Assembly: GCF_001194135.2 (NCBI RefSeq)
Contig: NC_068990.1
Coordinates: forward strand, 48,885,286 to 48,940,022
Source: Octopus bimaculoides
Lineage: Eukaryota
Reading direction: 5' to 3'
Length of the DNA stretch: 54,737 nt
The position numbers and the translations under genes are program-made. Positions 24,601 through 45,489 of this stretch are shown in pieces. The notes beneath the pieces were generated by a model. The model was not told the DNA's origin. It did not search any database and saw only the letters and a program-made list of their open reading frames with translations. How positions within the stretch are numbered: position 1 is the stretch's first letter; every line of letters starts with the position of its first letter.

Positions 24601-27600
24601 CTTGTCTCTATACATCTTATGAAAACAGGGATCTGAACCTGTAAAGTTTTTCTCCAAGGGAAATATGCTTGAACCAAGACTTCTCTTTACATGCCACTAA
24701 TGTTGTTGGAAGCAAGGGCTAATACAGCTTAGCACTGGTATCATTGCAGGCATTGCTACATCAGAATGTAACGGGACAATGCTCAGATAAATTTCGTCAA
24801 TTCATCACTATGGACCTGTACTTAATTTATTCCTGAAAAGACAAAAGGAAAATTTGAATTCAAATCACAGAAAGCTAGGACAAATACTATGTAGTATTCT
24901 ACCTGATGCTCTAATGATTCTGCGAATTTGCTATTTAACATCTATTCCTTTAACTGTAATTTGACCAGATAGAATAAAAACATCTGCTTAATATAAAGAA
25001 GACAATGCAAGTAAGAAGTCTCAACAGTCTCAACCTACCAGAATATCAATAATTTATACCAACAAATACAACATACATCTGATTGAGCCAATGAGGGAAT
25101 CTCTGTACAGTTGCTCAGCCTGCTAGAATTGGCAAATAGAAAATAATACCTTGCCGTCTTGAAAAGGGAAAGATTCATTGGATAAGGGTAGAGAGGGAAA
25201 TTTTTTTATCATAAATTTATTTAGTCTAGTCTTATCTAGGGCTAAGTGACCATAACATAAGCTTCTTGCTTCTTTAAGATATACATACTAACCTTTGTCT
25301 TTTCTCAGGATCTTTCAAAACTTCATAAACTGACACCATCTGAGAAAATAAAGATTAGAAACAATTTCAAAAACTAAACTAAACAGTTCACCTTTTTATT
25401 TATACATTCTTAAACAACCATACACTCACACAAACACATACATGATGATTATGATGATACATATGCAGCATATATCATTCCTATAAATGGTTTATAGCTG
25501 TTAGTGCAAGCATGTAAGTCATGGAGAGAGGGGAGTGTGAATCTATCATATATTACAGTAGATTGCAAGTAAAAGCTTGGCTATGTGGTTAAAAAGTTTG
25601 TTTTACAATAACTCTGGGGTCAATCAAAGTGCACAGCATCTTGGACAAGTATCTTCTACCATAAACTTTGGGTTGTCTAATGCCTTGTGAGAAAATTGCA
25701 GTAATCAACCATATATATATATGTAGGTGTTTTGGTCCCCTCTTCTAGCTGGAGTAGTCATGTACTTCCTCTACAGCAAAAATACATGTACCTATTTCAA
25801 TCAAGGGTTGTTGTCTTGCAAGCTACTTGGTGATCTCACGAGTACCAACAACATGAAAAAGTACCCAGCACACTCTAAAGAGGTTAGCATTAAGAAGGGT
25901 ATCCAGCTGTAGAAATCATGTCAAAAGAGACTTTGGAGCTTCACACAGTCTTCTGATCTGTTGGATCCTGTCAAACTGTCCAACCCATACCAGCATGTAA
26001 TACAGACACTAAATGATGATGATATTCACATGAAAATACAGATATATTTGTGCATTGAACAAAAATATCTTGTATCTATTTTGTTTGGGTTACATGCATT
26101 CCCTAGTTACTCTCACTATAAAAAAAATGTAATTAACCAGTGATTGGCCTCTTGGAAACCAATCAAAATCGAGTTAAATTGGACACTAAACTCCACTTGC
26201 AAAGACCTGTTGAGGCAAGTGAAATAGAAATTGAGTTATTCGACAACTGACACCCATGCCAACGTCGTCTCCTTCATTGGACATGAAACTTAGCTTGCGA
26301 AGACTTATTGGGGCAAGCGAAAGCGAAATTGTGATGGCACCTGTGCCCAGCATCACCTTTCTGGCACTTGTGCCCGTGGCATGTGTAAGGACTTTTGAGC
26401 GAGGTCGTTGCCAGTGCCCCTGGACTGGCTCTTGTGCGGGTGGCACATAAAATACACCATTTTGAACGTGGCCGTTGCCAGTACCGCCTGACTGGCTTTC
26501 GTGCTAGTGGCACGTAAAAGCACCCTCTACACTCTCTGAGTGGTTGGCGTTAGGAAGGGCATTCAGCTGTAGGAACTCTGCCAAATCAGATTGGAGCCTG
26601 GTGTAGCCATCTGGTTTCACCAGTCCTCAGTCAAATCGTCCAACCCATGCTAGCATGGAAAGCGGACTTTAAACGATGATGATGATGATGATGATGATTT
26701 TTGTTTACATGTGCATGATATATATATTTAAAGGGAAGGGGAGGCACAAATTAAAATCACAAACCATACATTGCTCATTTCCGTATTTGAGCTACTTATC
26801 TTTCTTTCAAACTTTCCTGGCCTGCATAAATGAAAGTAGACACAAAAGGTAGACTACTGACTGGTTGATTTGGATAAATAATGAATAATTCAAGAGTTTG
26901 AAGTGAAAATGTTGCTGACATTTTATTAAAAGCAATACACTGGGTTTAACAGCCAAACTACAAATCAATAGACTAACCTAAATTATAAATGGCAAGGTAA
27001 TAAGTAACTTATTATCTTGTACTTGAAGTCTACCAACATAAACTCAATTTTTCAGTTGTTCAGATTTATTTAACATCTGCAAAAGATTGGACAAAGCATA
27101 TCTGAAAATTAAATATATGTATTATCGTATTTCCCAGTAACACATATATTTAATGTGTTTAATAAACTCATACTTTTTTTCTTTTTTAAATCAGTGTCTT
27201 ATCACTAGAGGATCAGGTTACAGAGTGAAATTCACTAACAGCTGGGTCTAATTCTCAGTTCAATGCTTGTCTCATAGCATAAGTCTACATTTAAAACTCA
27301 CATACATTAAATATAATCCAGTACTATGATTAATATATTTATTAGTTTTGTAATATATTGATAGTAACCAGAAAGAAGTTTACAAGAGTTTACTGGCACC
27401 TGTAACTGAATACCATGTTTTGCTTGGTTCTTGGTGAATCAACAATGATGATGTCTCAAACAACATTTGTAAACAGGTAGAAGTACGATTGATGTAGGTG
27501 CTATTCGTTGTCACTTTGGTAATTCAGCTGACACCCTACCTAATAACTAATCAATGGCAACTAAAGGAAGACATAAATACACAATAAGTTACAAGCTATA

Positions 27601-28567
27601 AGTTCTTGAATATGTCAAACAACATAGCAACAGTATAAATCACCACCAAATGAGAAAATAATTTGTGAATGAAAAAACAAGAGGATACATAATTTTACAC
27701 ATATCCAATGCATACTTGTATGGAAAATGAACTTGAGGATGATGGATACAAAAACAAAGTATGGAATACACAGTCTCAACAAAGACAATGTGCAAGACAA
27801 GAAGGCTGGCAGAACAGGTGTATACATATCGGCAGATGAGTTTACTGCATCTTCATTATGTATTATGTTTTCATGAAAAAGTATGACCAAGCAATGGAAT
27901 AAAGACAAAGAATACACAGAAGATGCCTAAAGGGTATGATGAAAGAGTCCTTGAATTTCACAAAAAATGTGATCAACGCCAAACTGGAAACAAATTACAC
28001 ACTGGGCAATTAGGACAATATGTGGATCATGTACTGTTAACATTCAATGTGCCGAAAATACAACTTGCTAATTATAATAATAGGGTGCATCATATCATTT
28101 ATAGCATCTTAGGAAAAAGGAAATAGGCTAATCAGATTAATTAAGCAAAAGTAATTTTTCTATTTATTTTTTTATTAATTTGCCTTTATTCAAAATAAAG
28201 ATTCTTGTTTGAAGAGATCATTACTAATATTGCTAATAAGCTGAATTGAGAATGTCGTTTTAAATCCAGCATTCTTTTGTACTCATTCTTCATTTACTAA
28301 GATTCCTCTAAACTAAAATTCTAGAAATCAATGATTAAGAAATGTGTTTTAAGCCAGTCTTTCTTTCAGTTATTTCAATAGGAATTTTAATCCAGAAGTA
28401 GATGTTTTGTTTAAGGACAAACACTTGATCATAAAAAAGGTAAGAGAAGAAGAAAACAAACTTACCTCAAGGAATTTCTTTTCGGCATCAGGCGCTTTAT
28501 TTTTATCAGGGTGAAGTTGCAAAGAAAGCTTGCGATAAGCTCGCCGTATCTCTGTTGCTGAAGCAGT
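12624..28567 (-). CDS. DNAJC1: DnaJ homolog subfamily C member 1 (ERdj1/MTJ1), 5'-incomplete; join of 9 exons = 1428 nt, 475 aa + stop
   Basis: J domain [34 protein letters not shown] segment, SANT1 [22 protein letters not shown]2 [29 protein letters not shown]; all junctions GT-AG and in phase. Confidence 0.93.
12788..13224 (-). CDS. DNAJC1: DNAJC1 exon, 437 nt (linker + second SANT)
   Basis: TTTTTCAG|AT AGT; ends SKSK|GTATGA; lies in ORF 12782-13396. Confidence 0.9.
13870..14110 (-). mobile_element. tRNA-headed SINE (second family, TTCTTGAGCAAGGC core)
   Basis: Revcomp AGGCATGTGGTCTAGTGG...GTTCAATTCC...TTCTTGAGCAAGGCATTTTAC; related to 15600-15740. Confidence 0.6.
14135..14198 (-). CDS. 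DNAJC1: DNAJC1 exon, 64 nt ([21 protein letters not shown])
   Basis: TTGAATTACAG|GTT ... CAA G|GTCAGT; supplies the required phase 0 to phase 1 link after SANT1. Confidence 0.75.
15110..15232 (-). CDS. DNAJC1: DNAJC1 exon, 123 nt (first SANT domain)
   Basis: [41 protein letters not shown]; AG/GT flanks. Confidence 0.92.
15600..15740 (-). mobile_element. SINE 5' fragment
   Basis: CAGCTGAGCGGACTGGAACAATGTGAAATGAAGTGTTTTGCTCAAGAACAC...CCCTAACCACTA, as in 13870-14110. Confidence 0.55.
16139..16278 (-). CDS. DNAJC1: DNAJC1 exon, 140 nt ([17 protein letters not shown]...QKIK)
   Basis: TTGTAG|AA CCA; AAG|GTAAAT; phase 1 to 0. Confidence 0.85.
16564..16769 (-). mobile_element. piggyBac-type MITE (TTAA-flanked)
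   Basis: TTAA at both ends; GTAACAAAAAGA-TTAA end matches 36529-36544 and revcomp of 45040-45055. Confidence 0.55.
16860..17310 (-). mobile_element. Near full-length tRNA-SINE with RTE-type tail
   Basis: Head/core revcomp 17160-17300 (GACACTTGCC..GGACTGAACC), tail revcomp CCATGCTTGCATGGGTTGGAC at 16890-16912. Confidence 0.65.
17949..18225 (-). CDS. DNAJC1: DNAJC1 exon, 277 nt ([10 protein letters not shown]...[15 protein letters not shown]...PPVQ)
   Basis: GTCTTAG|GAA; CAA G|GTTTGT; basic stretch and DLWP motif as in DNAJC1 (KPQWHDLLP). Confidence 0.85.
19020..20437 (+). mobile_element. Heavily decayed RTE LINE 3' half with (GAT)n tail
   Basis: Recognisable homology to 6800-8200 (CAATTTGGTTTTGTACCAG, GGTTGCCCACAG, TGTAGCAGATGTACAG, TATGATGCTTGTGTAC) ending TGATGATGATGAT. 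Confidence 0.7.
21095..21290 (+). mobile_element. RTE-type tail with expanded (GAT)n
   Basis: GTAAAGTGGTTG..AGGAAGGACATCCAG..AACCCATGCCAGCATG..(GAT)n. Confidence 0.6.
21457..21628 (-). CDS. DNAJC1: DNAJC1 exon, 172 nt (J-domain end + TM segment)
   Basis: [58 protein letters not shown]; TTTTAG / GTAAGT. Confidence 0.95.
22790..24310 (+). mobile_element. Tx1/L1-clade LINE 3' fragment, decayed
   Basis: [18 protein letters not shown]...[11 protein letters not shown], zinc-knuckle remnant [14 protein letters not shown]; AATAAA then (TAT)n at ~24287-24310. Confidence 0.7.
24320..24540 (+). mobile_element. SINE middle/3' fragments, tandemly duplicated start
   Basis: TTCCACTGA(A/G)GTCAACTTT(G/A)CCTTTT twice, then GATAAAATAAGTACTGG; similar pieces at ~11580-11700, 50930-51015, 52860-52960. 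Confidence 0.5.
25293..25339 (-). CDS. DNAJC1: DNAJC1 exon, 47 nt ([16 protein letters not shown])
   Basis: TTTTCTCAG|ATG; AG|GTTAGT; J-domain helix III/IV YEVLKD motif. Confidence 0.93.
25578..26005 (+). mobile_element. tRNA-SINE with RTE-type tail
   Basis: TGGCTATGTGGTTAA head, TTGGACAAGTATCTTCTAC core, AAGAAGGGTATCCAGCTGTAGAA...TAAATGATGATGAT tail. Confidence 0.65.
26195..26698 (+). mobile_element. RTE 3'UTR with hairpin-module repeats and (GAT)n tail
   Basis: GAAGACCTGTTGAGGCAAGT modules, GCCAGT/ACTGGC repeats, GGCGTTAGGAAGGGC...TAAACGATGATG. Confidence 0.75.
27411..28070 (+). mobile_element. pogo/Tigger-family transposase 5' fragment, decayed
   Basis: [24 protein letters not shown]...[39 protein letters not shown] resemble pogo HTH and start of DDE; possible TIR TACCATGTTTT at 27411. 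Confidence 0.6.
28466..28567 (-). CDS. DNAJC1: DNAJC1 exon, 102 nt (J domain with HPD)
   Basis: [34 protein letters not shown]; CATTTAG / GTAAGT. Confidence 0.95.
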
Positions 28568-30435
28568 CTAAATGGAACCATAAAATAATTTTAAATCAAT
28601 GATATTAATATAAAAAAGAACTATTAAAAAAAAAACACAATATTATTTTATCAAGCATTACTTGGTGATTGTAATCTTGAACAGAAAGTCTGAAACAATT
28701 CTTGAGCACAATATTTTCAAACATTGAGAAACTAATAGGTCTGAATTTGTCTCAAGTTGTCATATTTATAATAATTACATAAGTAAATAACAGGTAAGTT
28801 AAAAACTTCAGATGGCTAATATTACTAAGTATCATAGATAATCAATTGTGGCACATCATAAAACTGTTTCTGACATTGAACAGGTACGTAAAAACTTGAA
28901 AATACTATGGAGGCAAAATTAACAAAGTACTGCATGAATTAATCCTGTATAAAAAACTTAGTTCTACACTATTCATTGTTTTCTTAATTGCTATGACTAC
29001 TTCAAAAGACACTGGGGAAGAGTTGCATTAAACTCAATAAGTTTCAAACAAAATATCCTACATAGTTACAAAGTCAGTAATCTATAGTAAAATAACCCAA
29101 GAATACCTAGGTTCATTACTATATTCTTTTCTTTTAGTCAGGAGGTAAAGCATCTTCATACCCACTTTACAAAGCTTTAAAGATTGGTGAAGGTGTTTTC
29201 AATCTAGAGTTAGCATGAATTCTTGCAACAGAATTCTTTGCAACTCTACAAAGGCATACAAAATGTCAGGTGGTGTTATTAAACCAAGCAACAGATTAAG
29301 TGTACCATCCAAGTCTGGCAGATAGTGCTTTAAAAGACTTACACCAACCACTCCAGTTAGCTCAAATAATATTACATACTCCTCCAACATCTAGAATGGT
29401 GCTACAGTTTCTTATACATACATCTAGACTGCATTCAACTGACTGGCATACAGTCACTCACCAATATACTTTAACCTTTAGCTCACAGATATGTTGACTC
29501 TTCAGTTTACCCTTCTTATTGCTACTACTGTAGATTCTGCTCTTCAGAGATAGGTGATCGCATACTACCTCCACCAACGTATCATATCTACTCCTCTGAT
29601 CACCACTCACTCAGATATAGAGACAAGTCATACATAAGACTGATACATAAATATAGTGAATGGTCAAAACACTGCATATATTCACAAGCATTTTTCATTT
29701 CGAATTAAAAATAAACCCTGATACTATACCCTTTCCTCAACTTTGCCATGGTGTTCACAAATGAACAAAGCCCTTATATTCTACATGTAACATGGAGCTT
29801 AATTAGAGAATTTGCAGACACAAAACTTTATACAGAATTCTAGGAAATCTCAATCAAAGAATCAATGTGAAATCTAAGAGTGCATCTATTTCAAACCCAC
29901 ATTGTAAGCATACAAACAAAAACAACTGCTTAGTTCTAACCCTATACAAAATGTAGCCCTACCTCTTCCATGACAACAGAGGTATCCAAGAAAGTGAACC
30001 ATCTACTATTCTTTTCATCACTATTACATCTCACCAACCAAATTCCACACTAAATACAATGGACAACTGTGCTTCCATCAAAAACAAAAAAAAAGGCTTC
30101 AATACTCTAGAATTATTTCAGCTGTGAGGAATCAGGTGTGCTACCACTGTTCCAACAGGTTTCTTTTACTTCTTTTTTTCTTTTGTAATTACATAATCAA
30201 TTGCTATGACAATGTAACAAGCTATTTGATTTGGGCCTTGCAGTGACACTGAAGAATAAGGTACAGGATATCTTTAAATAATTAAACAAGGTTACAATTT
30301 TAATATCAAAGATCCCTATGGATCACACAGGTTGTNNNNNNNNNNNNNNNNNNNNNNNNNNNNNNNNNNNNNNNNNNNNNNNNNNNNNNNNNNNNNNNNN
30401 NNNNNNNNNNNNNNNNNNNNNNNNNNNNNNNNNNN

Positions 30436-31483
30436 CAATTGAAACAATTCATCTTTAGATTTAGGTTTCTGTCAAGTTTTTCATATAGCCCTATCTAGTA
30501 TGCTCCAAAGATTTTCAGTTGGGTTCATGTCAGGAGATTGGCTCGGCCAAGGAAGCTTTTTGATCCCATTTTCAGTCAGCCATTGTTGATTCCTTTTTGT
30601 TGTGTGGCATGGAGCCCCATCTTCCCTGAATAAAAACTCATTTTTTGTTATGTTATTGTGTGAATACATCGGAAGTAGTCCTTGCTTAAGTATTTCGATG
30701 TATTTTTCAGAGCTTATGGTTCTAATACATTCGATCAGCTCAGAATGACCATTGCTGGTGACAGCTCACCATAGTATTATGGAGATACCACCATGTTTCA
30801 CAGTTGGTTGGATTTCAAATCAAATTCTTGACTGGGAAGCTTCCAGACCCAAACACACATCCACTGTCTGAAAATAATGCAAATCTGGATTCATCTGAGA
30901 AAATCACTCTATCTCAAAATGAACTGGATTTTTCTGACATCTCCTTAGCCCATTTCTTTCTTTTCATGATATTAATTGGTTGAAGGAGAGGTTTTCTTCT
31001 AGCAGCTCGTCCATAATACCCAAGCTTACGCAGATACACGTTCTTGGACTAACTTCAAGCTGTTTTGCAATGTCAGAAGCCTTCGAACGGGTTTCGTTAT
31101 CCACAATTCTCTTCAAACAGTGAAGCTTCCTTTCCAAGGGCCCAGGTCAACCAGGACGAGAATCTGTTGATTCTTTTCCTTGGCTTTTGAATTGCACTAT
31201 AATTCTATTAACAGTAGCAAGAGGAATTTGAAGATTTTTGGCTATTTTTCGCTGGCTAAGACCAGCCTAAATTGCCCAACAATACGATCTCTTAGAAAAT
31301 CTGACAGTTCTGGTGAATTTTTTTGTGCATGGTACAGTCACTCTTTGCAATTGTTTAATATAATGGTACCTGGAATGAAAAAGAATAATTACATTGTAAA
31401 TTCTACAGCGCTGAAAAAATATTAAGACGCTGAGATCAGAAATATTGAAAATTAAAGGTGTCTATTTACTTTCTGCATGTCTG
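30436..31483 (-). mobile_element. Tc1-family transposon (DD34E), decayed, 3' end in gap
   Basis: RVIFSDESRF; FREDGAPCH...SPDMNPTENLWSILDR with 34 residues between D and E; 5' TIR-like CAGACATGCAGAAAGTAAATAGACACC. Confidence 0.85.
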
Positions 31484-31489
31484 CATATA

Positions 31490-31690
31490 TATTTGTGTGT
31501 CTGTGTTTGTCTCCTCACCATCGCTTGACAACTGATGTTGGTGTGTTTATGTCCCCGTAACGTAGCGGTTAGACAAAAGAGACCGATAGGATAAGTACTA
31601 GACTTACAATGAATAAATCCTGTGATCGATTTGTTCGACTAAAGGCGGTGCTCCAACATGGTCGCAGTCAAATGACTCAAACAAATGAAG
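31490..31690 (+). mobile_element. tRNA-SINE 3' half
   Basis: TCGCTTGACAACTGATGTTGGTGTGTTTATGTCCCCGTAAC...GGCGGTGCTCCAACATGGTCGCAGTCAAATGACTCAAAC. Confidence 0.8.
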
Positions 31691-31979
31691 GAAAATATGT
31701 AGATTTGAAATGCATTTTTGCTATTAAATTTTGGTGGAAGTTACTCTAAAATTAAAATATTTAAATTATAGCTATTTTCAGACATTTCTGATCATCAAAT
31801 TATCTAATGTTAATTGTTTACTGGCAAAAATAATTTGGGGAGTGGCTTACAAAGCTACTAATTTATATTAAATAGCTAAGTCAATATGTTATAGTCACTT
31901 TCTTAATATGACATTAATGATTGTTGCTATTTAAAAAAAAAAGATGTTTATAATAGCTATATAGTATTATATTTCATTT

Positions 31980-32300
31980 CGCTTTCGTTTGACTTCCCCG
32001 AAGAACAGTTGTCATTGATCATCGCGGTCACCTTTTTATTACAGAACATGTCTGCTTTTAATAGGATTGAAATAAGATTTCAATTTTATTTCTTATTTTA
32101 CTGCAAACATTTTATTTATGAAAAAAATTAGTGAATTAAACTTGAAGCAAGGTTATATAATTTAATTTCATTAAAAATATTAATAAATATGAGCCTTATA
32201 AATAAGACGGAAATTACCGAAGTATTTCGATGTGTCTGCTTCGTAGCCGAATACCTCAGATAAATGAACACGTGACTTCCTTACGTTGCAGTGATCAACC
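31980..32300. promoter_or_regulatory. Putative (bidirectional) promoter / 5'UTR region; E-box CACGTGAC 32269-32276 overlapping ETS-like ACTTCC 32275-32280
   Basis: Directly upstream of ATP5F1B ATG; local CpG enrichment in CpG-poor DNA; motif seen in sequence, function inferred. Confidence 0.45.
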
Positions 32301-42971
<10,671 letters not shown>

Positions 42972-43056
42972 AAAGTATATGTATTAGTTCATTAACAAAT
43001 GTCTCCTGGAGCAGTTTATTTTACCAGTTCACCTACTGTAGATATTCATTTGAGGT

Positions 43057-43062
43057 AATAAA
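43057..43062 (+). terminator. Putative ATP5F1B polyadenylation signal AATAAA
   Basis: 86 nt after stop, followed by U/GU-rich tract 43069-43090. Confidence 0.6.
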
Positions 43063-43244
43063 TGGTAACTTTTGATTTTGCATTCTTTTATTTCATAAGA
43101 TTTTAGTGGTTGTTTCGGTTGATACTAAAACTGATACTGTGCAGATGTTTCTACAGAGCAAGGCACTAAGTGATGCAATAGTTGAGTAATGTTAGGCAAG
43201 GCAGTGATGGCACAAAGGTATACTGTAACCCTGAAATACTTCAG

Positions 43245-43412
43245 CTCTATATTTAAGAGATGAGAAATTATTTACATTTGATGGATATTTATCCTCATCT
43301 TGTTTGTTGTTAACATGTTTCAGCTGATATACCCTCTAGCCTTCATCAGGTGTCTTGGGGAAATTTCGAACCTGGGTTCTCATTCCTAAGGTATTTTTCG
43401 ATATTATTATTC
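43245..43412 (-). mobile_element. Hammerhead-SINE 3' module, inverted (copy 2)
   Basis: Revcomp GACAC-CTGATGA-A-GGCTA..CAGCT-GAAA-CATGTT (43354-43312); matches 500-660. Confidence 0.8.
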
Positions 43413-43414
43413 AC

Positions 43415-43863
43415 AGGCATATGGCATAGTGGTTAAGAGCGCGGGCTACTAACCCCACGATTCCGAGTTTGGTTCCAGGCAGTGACCTGAATAATAATAA
43501 TAATAATAATAGTAATAGTAATAGTAATAGTAATAGTAATTGTTATTGTTAATATTGTTATTGTTATTGTTAATATTGTTATTGTTATTGTTAATATTGT
43601 TATTGTTATTGTTAATATTGTTATTGTTATTGTTAATATTGTTATTGTTAATATTGTTATTGTTAATATTGTTATTGTTAATATTGTTATTGTTAATATT
43701 GTTATTGTTAATATTGTTATTGTTATTGAAAGATACCTTAGGAATGAGAACTCAGGTTCGAAATTTCCCCAAGACACCTGATGAAGGCTGGAGGGTATAT
43801 CAGCCAAAACGTGTAAACAACAAACAAGATGAGGTTAAATATCTGTCAAATGTAAATAATGTG
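43415..43863 (+). mobile_element. Hammerhead-SINE (copy 3) with expanded internal microsatellite
   Basis: A box TGGCATAGTGG 43422-43432, degenerate B box 43465-43476, microsatellite 43491-43728, CTGATGA 43778-43784 with perfect GGCTG/CAGCC stem but GAAA mutated to AAAA. Confidence 0.8.
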
Positions 43864-45039
43864 CCTGAAATGCTTTTCAACCTTAGGTGATATTAGGGCC
43901 ATGCAAACTGAGAAATGCTAATAACATCTTTACAACTTTGTAAACACTTAGCTTTTTATGGTCTAGGTTATGGATCAAAAAATGATTTTAATTCAGTTTT
44001 AGCCATAGACTTGTCCTAAACTTAAGGACCTGCCTTGAGAGTGGAAGGTGTTTGGTGACTGACTGTTTGTCATTGAGCTTGCAGAGACCATTTATTTGTT
44101 TTACGAAAATAAAATTTTTTTTTTTTCAAAAATATTAACCAGATGGAATGTTATATTCAGTAGCCAAGACAACTGGTATTTTCCATAGATCACAATTTTT
44201 GGAACCACATATTTCGAATTTTACAGTTGCTAAAGTCAGTGATTACGAAAATGGAAATACTTCATTACTAAGTCTTCTGACTATTAAGACGCTGTTCTTT
44301 CAGATACAGCTGTATTTGTCAACATGTGACAAAATGCATATATTGCACTATTAGAATTATCCACTAAATAAACAGTCTCAAGATACCCTGTGGATTAGAG
44401 ATTTAACATCCGCCTTAAATAGTCTCTTTTTATAGAAATAATCTTGTACAGCACATCTGGGCAAGTGTCTATTATAGCTCTGATACAACTCAAGCCTTGT
44501 GGATGAATTTGGTAAAGGGCAACTGCATGGAAACATTGTATATATGTACATGCATCTTTTTGCATGGTATTTTTTCAGCAATAAGAATAAGTGTTTCTAA
44601 TTACATTTTGTGGCTTTGATGCAGTGGAATAAAATATCCCCTAAGTTGTAAAACAGGTACGAGTTGGCAACAGTTGGCATCTGAGCAGACAAAAATACTG
44701 CCCCAGGTATGTTTAATTGTCCAACCAATGCCAATATAAAAAAAAATGAATGAAAAGTTAGTTTCTGCTCAAGAAAATTACCCCTCCTTAAATTATATAA
44801 ATTTAAGTTGTGAGCCTGTTAATAATTGACCAACTCTGTAACATTTAGTTCCATCATGAGATGCTTCTACAAATTTCATCTTTTGTCATATCCTTCACTT
44901 TTATGGAATTGTTTTTCTAAACAACAATGGCGTACCAAATATAATCCATGTTTCTGCACTAAATATTTGTCAGAATTAGTGACAGAAATCTTAAATTAAT
45001 TCAAATAAAATATTTAGGCTTGGACAAAATCCTTACAGA

Positions 45040-45250
45040 TTAACCCTTTTGTTACTATATTTCTGATCAAAATACACTCCTCATGAGTTTCAATTAAATT
45101 CTAAAATAATCATGAATTTAGACTAGTTTCATTAAACGACTGTAACTTTTTTACTTAACATATTAATGTGATATTTGGAACATAATTAAAGAAAGGGTTC
45201 TTTAATCAATTCTATTGCATAACTTGTATCTCAAAATGACTTTAATTACA
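45040..45250 (+). mobile_element. piggyBac-type MITE fragment
   Basis: TTAA-CCCTTTTGTTAC left end; revcomp of 36529-36544. Confidence 0.5.
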
Positions 45251-45489
45251 GGTAAAGTGAGCAAAAGGTAAAAATATTAAAATTTTGTTTAAAGATCACC
45301 ATAGAAAATGAATCATCAGCTAATATTCAATTGGGTATGCAACAAAATTTTGATATAGAAGAATTGTGCACATCACTAGATTATCAGTTGAATTTAATGC
45401 ACAACAGAATAGGTATACAATAAAGGTGAAATATACTGGAATCCACCTAAATTCACTGCAGGTTTGACTGAACTAAAAAAAAAATTGGT

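Noticed and set aside
29200-29620. Possible RTE endonuclease remnant on the minus strand
   Set aside because: Only scattered short resemblances, too degraded to support.
31957-32049. Minus-strand ORF MFCNKKVTAMIND... as the DNAJC1 start
   Set aside because: It stops after 30 codons, has no signal peptide or DLVEE motif, and has no usable phase-0 donor.
43433-43890. ORFs encoding (TITIL)n and (LLLIL)n
   Set aside because: Translations of a stop-free microsatellite inside a SINE; no coding features.
44378-44581. Minus-strand 67-aa ORF as the last exon of a third gene
   Set aside because: Its core (CCAAATTCATCCACAAGGCTT...GACACTTGCCCA) is a SINE core remnant.
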